From a bacterium (GTDB taxonomy: Bacteria; UBA8248), in NCBI GenBank assembly GCA_965207065.1, contig OZ242260.1:3264001-3328000 (forward strand): a DNA stretch of 64,000 bases, read 5' to 3'. The notes below the pieces were generated by a model. That model saw nothing but the letters and a program-made list of their open reading frames with translations. It was not told where the DNA came from and made no database searches. Numbering within the stretch: position 1 is the stretch's first letter; each line of letters begins with the position of its first letter. Position numbers and translations under genes: made by a program. Positions 20,696-29,638 of the stretch are shown here, one piece after another.

Positions 20696-21066
20696 AGGGG
20701 GATGTTGAAAGTCCCGATTTCGAGACCGGGCGTATATTACTTACCGGGGAGAAAGAAAATCACTCCCCCCTTGAGGGGGAGTCGAGGAAGCCGAACCGAC
20801 AGGTGAAGGCTGACTCGGTGGGGGGTAAATCGCGTTTTATCGCCACTCCGAGTTATACCCCCCACCGAATCGCTTTCGGGCTTACGCCATCAGCTCTTCG
20901 TCGGTCTACCCGAGGAGGATAGACCGACCCTCAAGGGGGGAGTTGATTGAACCTGCTATCTTGGTGATGGCCCTCAAGGGGAGTGATTTTCTCTCTTGTC
21001 GGTCTGCAAGAACCCTCAAGGGGGAATGGTTCGGCCCGACCCGCAAGAGGGATTTCAACAACCCCT
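20696..21066. mobile_element. MITE-like element (~370 bp) with imperfect terminal inverted repeats and internal CCCTCAAGGGG repeats
   Basis: Left end AGGGGGATGTTGAAAGTCCC, right end GGGATTTCAACAACCCCT; internal CACTCCCCCCTTGAGGGGGAGTC and three CCCTCAAGGGG copies; no transposase. Confidence 0.55.
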
Positions 21067-21118
21067 TGAATACCGGATTCAGCTGACACCCGGACCCCCA
21101 TCTGTAAGGAGAAACAAC

Positions 21119-22153
21119 ATGTCGTTCGAAGCCGTGCGCGTCGCCTCGATGGGGCTGGGCCGCTGGGCAAACGTGCTCGCAGACGCCGCGCTGCGCGGAG
21201 GCAAAATCCAAATCGTTTCTTGCTTCAGCCGCACGTCGGAGAAAAGGCGCGCCTTCATGGAGCGCTACGGCGCGCGCGAGGCGGAGAGCTTCGACGCGCT
21301 CCTGAGCGACGATGAAATAGAGGCCGTCATTCTCACGACGCCCAACCACAACCACAAGGAGCACATCGAGGCGCTGGCCGCGGCGGGCAAGCACGTCTAT
21401 TGCGAAAAGCCCATCGCGCACAGCCTGGAGCATTCCCGGGCCATCGTGGACGCGGCCGAGGGCGCGGGCGTCAAGCTGGCGGTGGGCCACAGCGCGCGCC
21501 GACTGGCCGTGTCGCGCCGCATGAAGGAGCTGATCGACTCAGGCGAAATCGGAAAAATCTCGATGAGCGAGAGCAACTTCTGCACCGAGCGGGGGCTGGA
21601 ACTCACGCCCGACAAGTGGCGCTCGAGCCGGGAGCTCAACCCCACCGGCGTGGTGATTCAGCTATCGATCCACCACATCGACACCTTCCGCTACCTGCAC
21701 GGGCCGATAAAGAGCGTCACGGCGAAGCTAAAGCGCGCCTACGCGACCGAGGACGTGGACGACACCTCGATGATGATCCTGGAGCATGAGAGCGGGGCGC
21801 TCTCCTACGTCGGCGGGGGCTGGGCGTGCCCCTGGGCGTTTCACATGAACGTGCATGGCACGAAGGGCGTGGCGCACTTCCGCATCACGGGCCAGCAGTG
21901 GCGCGACCCCTCGAAGGCGCCCGAACCCATCCGCCTTCACGTGGACAGGGACCCGCTGGGCGAAGACGCCGTATACGACATGCCCGAGGGAGACATGTTC
22001 CGCGACGCGCTGGAGGATTTCGCCGGCTGCGTGCGCGGGGACCGCGCGCCGGAGGTCGACGGCCGCGTAGCGCACGAGAACCTCGCCGTCGTGTATGCGG
22101 CGGACGCGAGCTCGCGTTTGGGCAGGACGGTGGAGGTGGGGGATTATTTGTGA
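21119..22153 (+). CDS. Gfo/Idh/MocA-family oxidoreductase
   Basis: GLGRWA, GKHVYCEKP, HHID motifs; AAGGAG RBS before MSFEAV. Confidence 0.9.
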   Translation: MSFEAVRVASMGLGRWANVLADAALRGGKIQIVSCFSRTSEKRRAFMERYGAREAESFDALLSDDEIEAVILTTPNHNHKEHIEALAAAGKHVYCEKPIAHSLEHSRAIVDAAEGAGVKLAVGHSARRLAVSRRMKELIDSGEIGKISMSESNFCTERGLELTPDKWRSSRELNPTGVVIQLSIHHIDTFRYLHGPIKSVTAKLKRAYATEDVDDTSMMILEHESGALSYVGGGWACPWAFHMNVHGTKGVAHFRITGQQWRDPSKAPEPIRLHVDRDPLGEDAVYDMPEGDMFRDALEDFAGCVRGDRAPEVDGRVAHENLAVVYAADASSRLGRTVEVGDYL

Positions 22154-22565
22154 GGGGCCTGATGGGACAGGGAAGGTTTTAGCGCGCATTTCCCCGCATT
22201 TGCCGGACTCTTTTTCCGCCGCTTCCACGATAAGCTCCAACCGCCCATTCATACGGGCGAACCCGGTGGCGTCGTCGGGCCTGTGCAGCAGATTCGAGAC
22301 GGAAGAGGGGGGTTCAAGCGATGAAATTCCCTGGAATCAGGACGGGAACCGTGAAATTCAAATGGATGAACAATCCGGTAAATATCGATAAATTTCCGGA
22401 AATGTTTATGGGTCAAACTATCAAAGAATTATCCCATGATGTAGCAAGTTGCCGGAATATATTAAAGTAATACATTAGGAAATTATCGAAATTTATCGAA
22501 TTAAAAAGTTTTTTGGGAGCCGCGCATCTCCCCGCATTACCCCGCATTTTCTCTCAGGAGCGCCC

Positions 22566-23249
22566 CTACTCGTCCGGGTTGGGTTCGGGGAACTTCTCGG
22601 GCCAGTTGTCGATCAAAGACTGCAGGTAGGCCTTCATCTTGTCGGGATTCCCGCGCACGGATTTCTTGATCTTGTTCACCTCGCCCTCGTTCTCAATGGG
22701 GATGGCGAACGAATCCATGAAGCGGTTCATCATGCCCTGCTTGCCGCTCATGAGGGACATCTCGACGATCTCGCCGTCTGTGAAGCGCCGCTTCACTTCC
22801 TCGAGCACGCCCGGGTTCTCGCGCGCGGTGTTTCTCGTAAAATGCTCCGCCCACAGGCAGGCGGCGCGCTCGCGCGGACTTAAGAGCGGGGAGGTCATGT
22901 AATCGTCCGAGGCGATGGCCTCGATCTGCTCATCGGTGATTCCCGTCGCTTGACCAAGCGCCGTGTTGTGCGCGATTCAGTAGGCGCAAGCGTTCACGAA
23001 GCTCGTCTTCAAGACCACGATCTCCTTTATCTTGCACGTCAAAAGCCCGCCCATGCCCTCGCGCTGAAGCGTGGCGTTGAACGGGAGGTAGAAGCGCGCG
23101 ATGTAGGGCGTGTTCGCCAGCGCGAGCGCGGAATTGGGGATGCGCCCCAGAAACTCGCGCGTCGCCTCTAAAAAACGCGCCGTATCGCCCACCGCCTCAT
23201 CTGGGTTCAGCAACCGGATTTTGCTGGTTTCACTTGCCTGGTTCGTCAT
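22566..23249 (-). CDS. AhpD/carboxymuconolactone decarboxylase-family selenoprotein (CxxU; in-frame UGA at 22977-22979)
   Basis: ORFs 22977..23249 and 22566..22898 share one frame and are joined by an open linker: KEIVVLKTSFVNACAY-TGA-IAHNTALGQATGITDEQI; this matches the AhpD CxxC-x2-H motif. Confidence 0.85.
22944..22963 (-). promoter_or_regulatory. Candidate bacterial SECIS hairpin
   Basis: mRNA CG-G-CGCUU-GGUC-AAGCG-A-CG; GGU-containing apical loop begins 21 nt after the UGA. Confidence 0.65.
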
Positions 23250-23409
23250 GGCGTCCCTCTTTATGGGTTTCAGAATTTCGGGGGATTATAGGGAAACCCT
23301 CCGCCCTTGGGAACCAGAGCGCGAGGCGCGTTACGCGGAGCCGTCCGTTTTGATAACATGAACCATCACACCTGAAATTATTGAAACACGCATCTGAAAG
23401 GAGGGCCGC

Positions 23410-24054
23410 ATGGCCGATTTTGACCTCGAAATGACCGATAAACTTCTCTCCACGACGCGCTCGGTGCGCAAGCGCCTCGATTTCGATCGGGAAGTGCCGA
23501 GAGAGGTCGTGATGGATTGCCTGGAACTCGGCCTGCAGGCCCCCACGGGTTCGAACCGGCAGGGCTGGCGCTGGCTCGTGGTGACGGACGAGGGTATGCG
23601 CCGTGAACTCGGGCGGCTCTACCGCAAGGGAGGGGACGAATATCTCGCGCAGGGCCTGGCGCAGGCGCGCGAGAGCGGGGCCGCGCAGGATGAGCGGGTG
23701 TTCGATTCCGCCATCCATCTGGCCGAGAACATCGAGCGCGCCCCCGTTCACGTGATCCCCTGCATCCAGAATTTCCTGCCCGAAAACCCGCCGAGGTTCA
23801 TGTGGGCGGGCCTTATGGGTTCGATCGTACCTGCGGTGTGGAGTTTTCAATTAGCACTCAGATCGCGCGGTCTGGGTTCGGTGTTCACCACCCTGCACCT
23901 GCGCTGTGAGGCGGAAGCGGCGGAACTCCTCGGCGTGCCGGATGAATTCATGCAGGTGGCGCTCATCCCTGTGGCCTACACGCTGGGGACGAACTTCAAG
24001 CCCGCCGAGCGCCGCCCGCTCGATGAGATTGTGCACATGAACAAATGGGGGTGA
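23410..24054 (+). CDS. Nitroreductase-family protein
   Basis: TTRSVRKRLD, APTGSNRQGW, LALRSRGLGS motifs. Confidence 0.9.
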   Translation: MADFDLEMTDKLLSTTRSVRKRLDFDREVPREVVMDCLELGLQAPTGSNRQGWRWLVVTDEGMRRELGRLYRKGGDEYLAQGLAQARESGAAQDERVFDSAIHLAENIERAPVHVIPCIQNFLPENPPRFMWAGLMGSIVPAVWSFQLALRSRGLGSVFTTLHLRCEAEAAELLGVPDEFMQVALIPVAYTLGTNFKPAERRPLDEIVHMNKWG

Positions 24055-24090
24055 GGGAGTGTTCGACCAAAATGCTCAATGATTTACAGT

Positions 24091-24165
24091 TGGTGACCCC
24101 TAGGGGACTCGAACCCCTGTTACCGGCGTGAGAGGCCGGTGTCCTGACCGCTAGACGAAGGGGCC
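24091..24165 (-). tRNA. tRNA-Glu (anticodon CTC)
   Basis: GGCCCCTTCGTCTAGCGGTCAGGACACCGGCCTCTCACGCCGGTAACAGGGGTTCGAGTCCCCTAGGGGTCACCA folds as a cloverleaf with GTTCGA T-loop and encoded CCA. Confidence 0.96.
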
Positions 24166-24285
24166 ATGAAGCGGTGTCCGCCCGCATCACGCATAGGCGC
24201 GATGACGAGAGACGGGAAGGGTAGTCTCATCGCTTTTTCGCGTCAAGTGTTCGCGCGCAATCCATCTTGCTGTTTGGCCGTCTTA

Positions 24286-25530
24286 TCAACGGAAAGAGCA
24301 GGGCGGCAAGTTGCTCATCGAGGGATGCACGCGCCTTTTGCCCCTGTGCTGCAGACCGAGGCTCATCTGCGTGGCGAGCACGGGTTCGGGCCCCAGGCGT
24401 TTGCCGCGCAGCATGAGCCAGCCCGCCGCTGATTTGCGGATGCGGCCCATGCGCGTCAGATCCCTGAAATCGCGAATGTGCGCCTTTTTGCGCACCTCGA
24501 CCAGGCGCTTCGCCCAGGTGGGGCCGACCCCCGGCACGCGCATGAGCGTCCGGGGGTCCGCCGTCATGATCTCCACCGGAAACTGCGAGAGATTCCGCCT
24601 CGCCCACGTCGTTTTCGGGTCTTCATCTAGGGCCAGGTTTCCTTCCGAGGCGGGAATCTCATCCAGCCCGAAGTCATATTCGCGCAGGAGGTGCTCCGCC
24701 TGATAAAGCCTGTGCTCGCGCGTCTTGGAGACAGACGGCACCCCGTCCATCGGGGTGTCCTCCACGGGTTTGAAGGCGCTGAAGTGGGTGTGGCGCAAAA
24801 GGCCCTTTTTCTGGAGCGAGTGGGAAGATTTGAGCACGTCCATATCGCTCTCCCCGCTGGCGCCGACGATGAACTGCGTCGTCACGCCGCCCTTGATGAG
24901 GCCCGTTCTCTCAAAAAACGATTCGCGCGCCAGCTCCCCCACATAACGGAGGGCGGGTTTGAGGTCTGATTCCAGCTTTTTCTCGGGCGCCATGGCGTGG
25001 AGACCCCGCTGGGTGGCAGCTTCGAGGTTCACTGATAGCCTCGTGGCTATCTGGGCTGCGCGGCCGAGCTGGGAATCCTCCACTCCCGGCAGCATTTTCA
25101 AGTGGATATAGCCGTTAAAATGATGCTTGAAGCGCAGGATTTCCGCCGTGGCGATCATCCTGTCCACGCCCGTGACGCCGCTGCCCGGAATCCCGCTGGT
25201 GAGGAAAAGCCCCTCGGCGCGGTTTCTCTTCCTGAGCGCCATAAAGGTGCCGGCCAGCTCCTCGGGGCTGAAGGAGTGGCGCGGCATGTTGCGAGAAGCG
25301 CGCATGGGGCAGTAGTGGCAGTCGTAGCTGCAGGCGTTCGTCATCATGGTGGAGAGAAGCGGCATGATGCGCCCGCCCTTGAAGGGGACCGGAAATATCG
25401 CCGGCGTGTCCGAAGCCAGGAACTTGCGGCGATATTTGGGGTGTTTCCGCACCCCGGGCGGGCCCTCCCTGTCATCAAAGGATTGTCCGCCGAGTATGGC
25501 CAGTTTGTGGAGGGTTTTTTCCGTCACCAT
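24286..25530 (-). CDS. Putative DNA modification/repair radical SAM protein with helix-hairpin-helix (TIGR03916-like)
   Basis: MTNACSYDCHYC, EGLFLTSG, GYIHLK, REHRLYQA and RVPGVG HhH motifs. Confidence 0.85.
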   Translation of the reverse strand: MVTEKTLHKLAILGGQSFDDREGPPGVRKHPKYRRKFLASDTPAIFPVPFKGGRIMPLLSTMMTNACSYDCHYCPMRASRNMPRHSFSPEELAGTFMALRKRNRAEGLFLTSGIPGSGVTGVDRMIATAEILRFKHHFNGYIHLKMLPGVEDSQLGRAAQIATRLSVNLEAATQRGLHAMAPEKKLESDLKPALRYVGELARESFFERTGLIKGGVTTQFIVGASGESDMDVLKSSHSLQKKGLLRHTHFSAFKPVEDTPMDGVPSVSKTREHRLYQAEHLLREYDFGLDEIPASEGNLALDEDPKTTWARRNLSQFPVEIMTADPRTLMRVPGVGPTWAKRLVEVRKKAHIRDFRDLTRMGRIRKSAAGWLMLRGKRLGPEPVLATQMSLGLQHRGKRRVHPSMSNLPPCSFR

Positions 25531-25806
25531 GATTGTTCTCCCCGTTCGATTTGGTATGAGGGAGAAAATATATACGAATATAATACGAAAATCAAGAAAT
25601 ATTTTAGATTACACTGTAATAGGTTTATTTATATATATTTATGCCAGGAATTGTGAAGTAGAAGATGATGAACAAAGTGAAGCAAAAAAGGTTAATTTCG
25701 CTTTTTTGCGTGAAAAGAATACTGGTTAGAAATTGCGGGATAATTCAGGAACATCCCTCGGGAAATGCCAGGAAATACGAACGCTCAGGCGGGAAATTCA
25801 GCCCCC

Positions 25807-27057
25807 TCAGGCGCCGTTTTTTCGCCAGGATGCGCGTGCCCGCTTGAAGGCCTCGATATCGGGCGGAATGCGGCCCGGCCTGCCGAGGGCCTCGCTCGCC
25901 ACTTCCGTCGCGTTCTTGCCCGTGCCCGTGCCGATGCAGACGATTACTTCATCGGCTTCAGGTCGTTCGGGCCGCTCGGCGCCCTCCATCAGACTCGCCA
26001 CGGAAGCCGCCGAGGCCGGTTGCAGGAAAAGACCCTCACGTCCGGCGATCTGGAACTCGGCTTCCAGGTTCATCGCATCGTTCACGAGCACGCCGTGGCC
26101 TTCGGAGCGCCGCACAACTGCGGCCACGCGCTCGCCCGCGCCGGGGGAGGGACTCGTGAGGCCGGCTGATTTCGTGCGCACCTCGCCCCAGGGCTCGACC
26201 TTCCCGCCCGTATGCAGCGCCTTGACGATGGGCGCACAGCCGTCGACCTGCACGATGTCGATGGCCGGCATCCTGTCTATCCAGCCCAGCGCCAGCAGTT
26301 CGCGGAATCCCTGGTCCATAGCGAGCGCCATCGTGCCGCCCGCCGTGGGGCAGACGACGCGGTCGGGCGCGCGCCAGCCGAGTTTTTCGGCGATCTCATA
26401 GGCAGCCGTTTTCTTGCCCTCGATTCTGTACAAATTCCGGGGGAGGGTGGCGTGCAAACAGCCGAGTTCCTTGGATACTTCTTCTGCGAAGCGCCCGCCC
26501 GTGCCCTGATCGCCCTCGATGATAAGCGTGAATGCCCCGTAAGCGCCGACTTGTAGGCAATGGACGGCGGAGCTGTCGTCGCGCACGAAGCCGATGAACT
26601 CAATGCCTCCCCGCGCGCAGTAGGCGCTGAAACAGGCGGCGGCGTTGCCGGATGAGGGCAGCACGATGCGGTCGACCCCCACCTCCCTGCACTTGCTGAT
26701 GGTGACGGAACCGCCCCTGTCCTTGAACGAGCCCGTGGGGTTTCTCGATTCATCCAGGATGTAGAGGTTTTTGTAACCGAGAGACGTTCCCAGCCTTTCC
26801 GCATGGATGAGAGGGGTGTCGCCCTCGACGAGCGAGACGACGTTCTTCTCATCGCGTACGGGCAAGAGTTCGCGCCAGCGCCAGATGCCCCGGGGTCTGC
26901 GGGCGACTTTGTCCCTGTCCACGTTCGTCTTTATCCACTCGACGTCGTAGCAGCCCTGCAGGTTCCCGCCCGTGTCTGGACAGGTGAAGGGGTGTTCCAT
27001 GTCGTCCACGATGTGTCCGGATTCGAGGCTCAAAAGGCCTTTCAGCGCGCTATGCAA
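25807..27057 (-). CDS. Threonine synthase-like PLP (fold II) enzyme
   Basis: EGDTPL, NPTGSFKDRG, SSGNAA, EGKKT, TGTGK motifs. Confidence 0.85.
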   Translation of the reverse strand: MHSALKGLLSLESGHIVDDMEHPFTCPDTGGNLQGCYDVEWIKTNVDRDKVARRPRGIWRWRELLPVRDEKNVVSLVEGDTPLIHAERLGTSLGYKNLYILDESRNPTGSFKDRGGSVTISKCREVGVDRIVLPSSGNAAACFSAYCARGGIEFIGFVRDDSSAVHCLQVGAYGAFTLIIEGDQGTGGRFAEEVSKELGCLHATLPRNLYRIEGKKTAAYEIAEKLGWRAPDRVVCPTAGGTMALAMDQGFRELLALGWIDRMPAIDIVQVDGCAPIVKALHTGGKVEPWGEVRTKSAGLTSPSPGAGERVAAVVRRSEGHGVLVNDAMNLEAEFQIAGREGLFLQPASAASVASLMEGAERPERPEADEVIVCIGTGTGKNATEVASEALGRPGRIPPDIEAFKRARASWRKNGA

Positions 27058-27101
27058 GTGTGGTTCTCCTTCACGGTATTTGATGTGTTGATTGGAAAAA
27101 T

Positions 27102-28472
27102 CTAGGCGACCCCTTCTTCCTTCATGGTCTGCACACCCGCCCGGAAGGCGGCGAGGGTTTCCTCGATCACGTCGTCCGTGTGGCAGGCGCCTACGAGGGC
27201 GCGCGCGCCATTGAAGTCCACCCCGTGCAATATCAAGGCTTGCCTCAGTGCGCGGCTTTTCTGCGCGTTTTTGGAATCGAGACGCCGCCAGTCGATATCG
27301 CTCACGTCCTGATCCGCCCCGTCTCGCGGCGGGGCGTCGGCGTCAAACAAGATTTTCCAGTCGCTGTATTCGCCATAAACCAGCCAGGCTATCGCCTCCT
27401 GGGCGAGAATCTCGTTCATCCCGCATCGGATCTTTTGCGCCTGCGCGTTCACCATTTCAGTTGCCCGGCCGTCAGCCAGGGAGGAGAGCATGGCGACGCC
27501 TGCAGCGGAGGAAATGGGATTCGCGTTGAAGGTGCCGTGGTGGGCGATTTTCATGTGGCGATTCATTTCGGGGTCCGGCTTGGTGGCGAGGTATTCGAGA
27601 ACGTCCGCCCGGCCGACGACGGCTCCGCCCGGCAGGCCGCCTGCGAGTATCTTGGCGAGGCTCGTGAGGTCGGGCGTCACGCCATAATGCGCCTGCGCCC
27701 CGCCCGGCGATACGCGAAAGCCGGTAACCACCTCATCGAAGACAAGCAAGGCGCCCGCCTTTTGCGTCTCTTCCCTGAGGGCGGCCACGAAATCCTTTTT
27801 CATCGGGATGGTGCCGAAATGACCGCCCGTCGGCTCCAGGATGAGGGCGGCGACATCACCCGAAGCCAGCGCCCCCCGGACGGCTTCGATGTCGCCTGGA
27901 GGACAGACGGTGACGAGGTCCGTCACCACTTCCAGTTGACCCGCTTCGGGCTCGTTCGTGTAGGGGGCGCGCACGCCGATTTCGAGCCCCTCGTGCCAGC
28001 CGTGGAAGTGGCCCGCGAATTTTATTACGCGCTTCCTGCCCGTAAATGCGCGCGCGAGCCTGAGCGCCATGTGCGTGGCCTCGGTGCCCGAAGCCGTGAA
28101 GCGCACCCGTTCGGCGCACGGCACGAGACGCTGCACCCATTCGCCCCATTCCACCTCCGGCCTGTGACTGGCTCCGTAGTGCGAGCCATTCATCACGGCC
28201 TCGCTCACGGCGTCGCGGATGTGGGGCGGGTTGTGCCCGTAGAGGAGCGCGCCGTGGCCCATCCAGTAGTCGATGTAGCGGTTGCCGTCCACGTCCCACT
28301 TATAAGCGCCATCGGCGCGCTCGACGTAGATGGGGAACGGCTGCATCCTGCGGTTGTCGTGCGTCACCCCGTCAGGAAAAACCTCTTTCGCCCGATCATA
28401 TAAAGCGCGCGAGGCGGGCAGGGATTCGGCGTAGGCGTCCGCAAGCTTCGGGGTGTCCGTGGGCTGCTGCAT
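27102..28472 (-). CDS. Class III aminotransferase (glutamate-1-semialdehyde aminomutase-like)
   Basis: WDVDGNRYID, SGTEA, FDEVVTGFR, AKILAGGLP, GTFNANP motifs. Confidence 0.88.
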   Translation of the reverse strand: MQQPTDTPKLADAYAESLPASRALYDRAKEVFPDGVTHDNRRMQPFPIYVERADGAYKWDVDGNRYIDYWMGHGALLYGHNPPHIRDAVSEAVMNGSHYGASHRPEVEWGEWVQRLVPCAERVRFTASGTEATHMALRLARAFTGRKRVIKFAGHFHGWHEGLEIGVRAPYTNEPEAGQLEVVTDLVTVCPPGDIEAVRGALASGDVAALILEPTGGHFGTIPMKKDFVAALREETQKAGALLVFDEVVTGFRVSPGGAQAHYGVTPDLTSLAKILAGGLPGGAVVGRADVLEYLATKPDPEMNRHMKIAHHGTFNANPISSAAGVAMLSSLADGRATEMVNAQAQKIRCGMNEILAQEAIAWLVYGEYSDWKILFDADAPPRDGADQDVSDIDWRRLDSKNAQKSRALRQALILHGVDFNGARALVGACHTDDVIEETLAAFRAGVQTMKEEGVA

Positions 28473-28641
28473 AAAGTTCTCCGGAAGGGTGGGGTTCTGA
28501 AATTCGTCCGGGTCAACGCTACGCCCAAGCGTGCCCGAGCGTCAAGGCGGGGACGCCCCTTGTCAACTACTCACCAAATTGTCCATGATGCCGTGTTTTC
28601 CGAATTAGCAGTCGTTCTCTACTTCCGTATTGGAGGTTCTA

Positions 28642-29580
28642 GTGCCCAGCTACGATCATGCAAAAGTTTGGCTCAACGGAGAGGTGGTTCCGCCCGAGGA
28701 GGCCAAGATCAGCGTTTTCAGCCAGGCGGTCCTCAGGGGTTCGAGCATCTATGAGGGGATTCGCGCCTACTGGAGCGAGGAGAGAAACAACCTGTTCCTC
28801 TGGAAGATCGACCCGCACATCAGGCGGCTGTTCGATTCGATGCGGGTGATGCGGATGACGCCGCCCTATACGGCGGAGGAATTCAAGGACGCCGTGGTCG
28901 AGTGGATACGGGCGAACGAGTTCAAGGAAGACCTCCACTTCCGCTTGAACGTGTATTTCGACGACTCAGGACCCCTGGACATGAAGGGTTACGCGGCGGA
29001 CGAGGTGGACACCTGCGTCTTCATCAGCGGGGGGCCGAACAGCAACCGCAAGCGCCAGGAGCAGGGCGTGAACCTGTGCGTGAGCAGTTGGCGGCGCATC
29101 TCGGACGATTCCGTGCCGCCGCGCGTCAAGGCGTCCGCCAACTACCAGAACGGCAGGCTCGCGGGCGTCGAGGCGCGAATTAACGGGTATGACGATGCTC
29201 TTCTGCTCAATCAGGACGGCAAGGTGGCCGAGGGCACGGGCACGTGCATCATGATCGTTCGCGAGGGCAAGCTCATTACCCCGCCGGTGACGGCATCCAT
29301 CCTCGAGAGCATCACGCGAGACAGCGTGATCGAGATGTTCGGCAGGCACATCGGCCCCGAACCGGTGGAAAGGCCCATGGATCGCACGGAGATTTACGTG
29401 GCCGATGAGGCGATGATTTGCGGGTCGGCCGCCGAGGTCGCGCCCGTGCTGTCGCTTGATCGCATCGAAGTAGCAGACGGGAAACCCGGTGATATCACGC
29501 GAAGGCTGCAGGAGATATTCTACGCCGCCGCCCGGGGCGTGGATGAGACGTACGAGAAGGACATTATGCCCGTCTATTGA
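28642..29580 (+). CDS. Class IV (branched-chain-type) aminotransferase
   Basis: YEGIRAY, RVKASANY, EGTG, ILESITR, GSAAEV motifs; GGAGG RBS before GTG. Confidence 0.88.
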   Translation: MPSYDHAKVWLNGEVVPPEEAKISVFSQAVLRGSSIYEGIRAYWSEERNNLFLWKIDPHIRRLFDSMRVMRMTPPYTAEEFKDAVVEWIRANEFKEDLHFRLNVYFDDSGPLDMKGYAADEVDTCVFISGGPNSNRKRQEQGVNLCVSSWRRISDDSVPPRVKASANYQNGRLAGVEARINGYDDALLLNQDGKVAEGTGTCIMIVREGKLITPPVTASILESITRDSVIEMFGRHIGPEPVERPMDRTEIYVADEAMICGSAAEVAPVLSLDRIEVADGKPGDITRRLQEIFYAAARGVDETYEKDIMPVY

Positions 29581-29638
29581 TGAAGCTGGAAGGAGCCGCC
29601 CGGGGAATGGGTGGCTCATGATTAGCGAATCAGGCGTT

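Noticed and set aside
22566-23249. Nonsense pseudogene or two separate small genes
   Set aside because: The stop is UGA exactly at the catalytic Cys position, the linker stays in frame and a SECIS-like hairpin follows; Sec recoding is the simpler explanation
24055-24165. tRNA-Glu as integration site of an island or prophage
   Set aside because: No integrase and no duplicated tRNA 3' end seen in the window
27102-28472. Assigning hemL (and thrC, ilvE, sucCD, ssuD to their respective genes)
   Set aside because: Family membership is clear but the sequences are divergent and lack pathway context, so symbols were withheld
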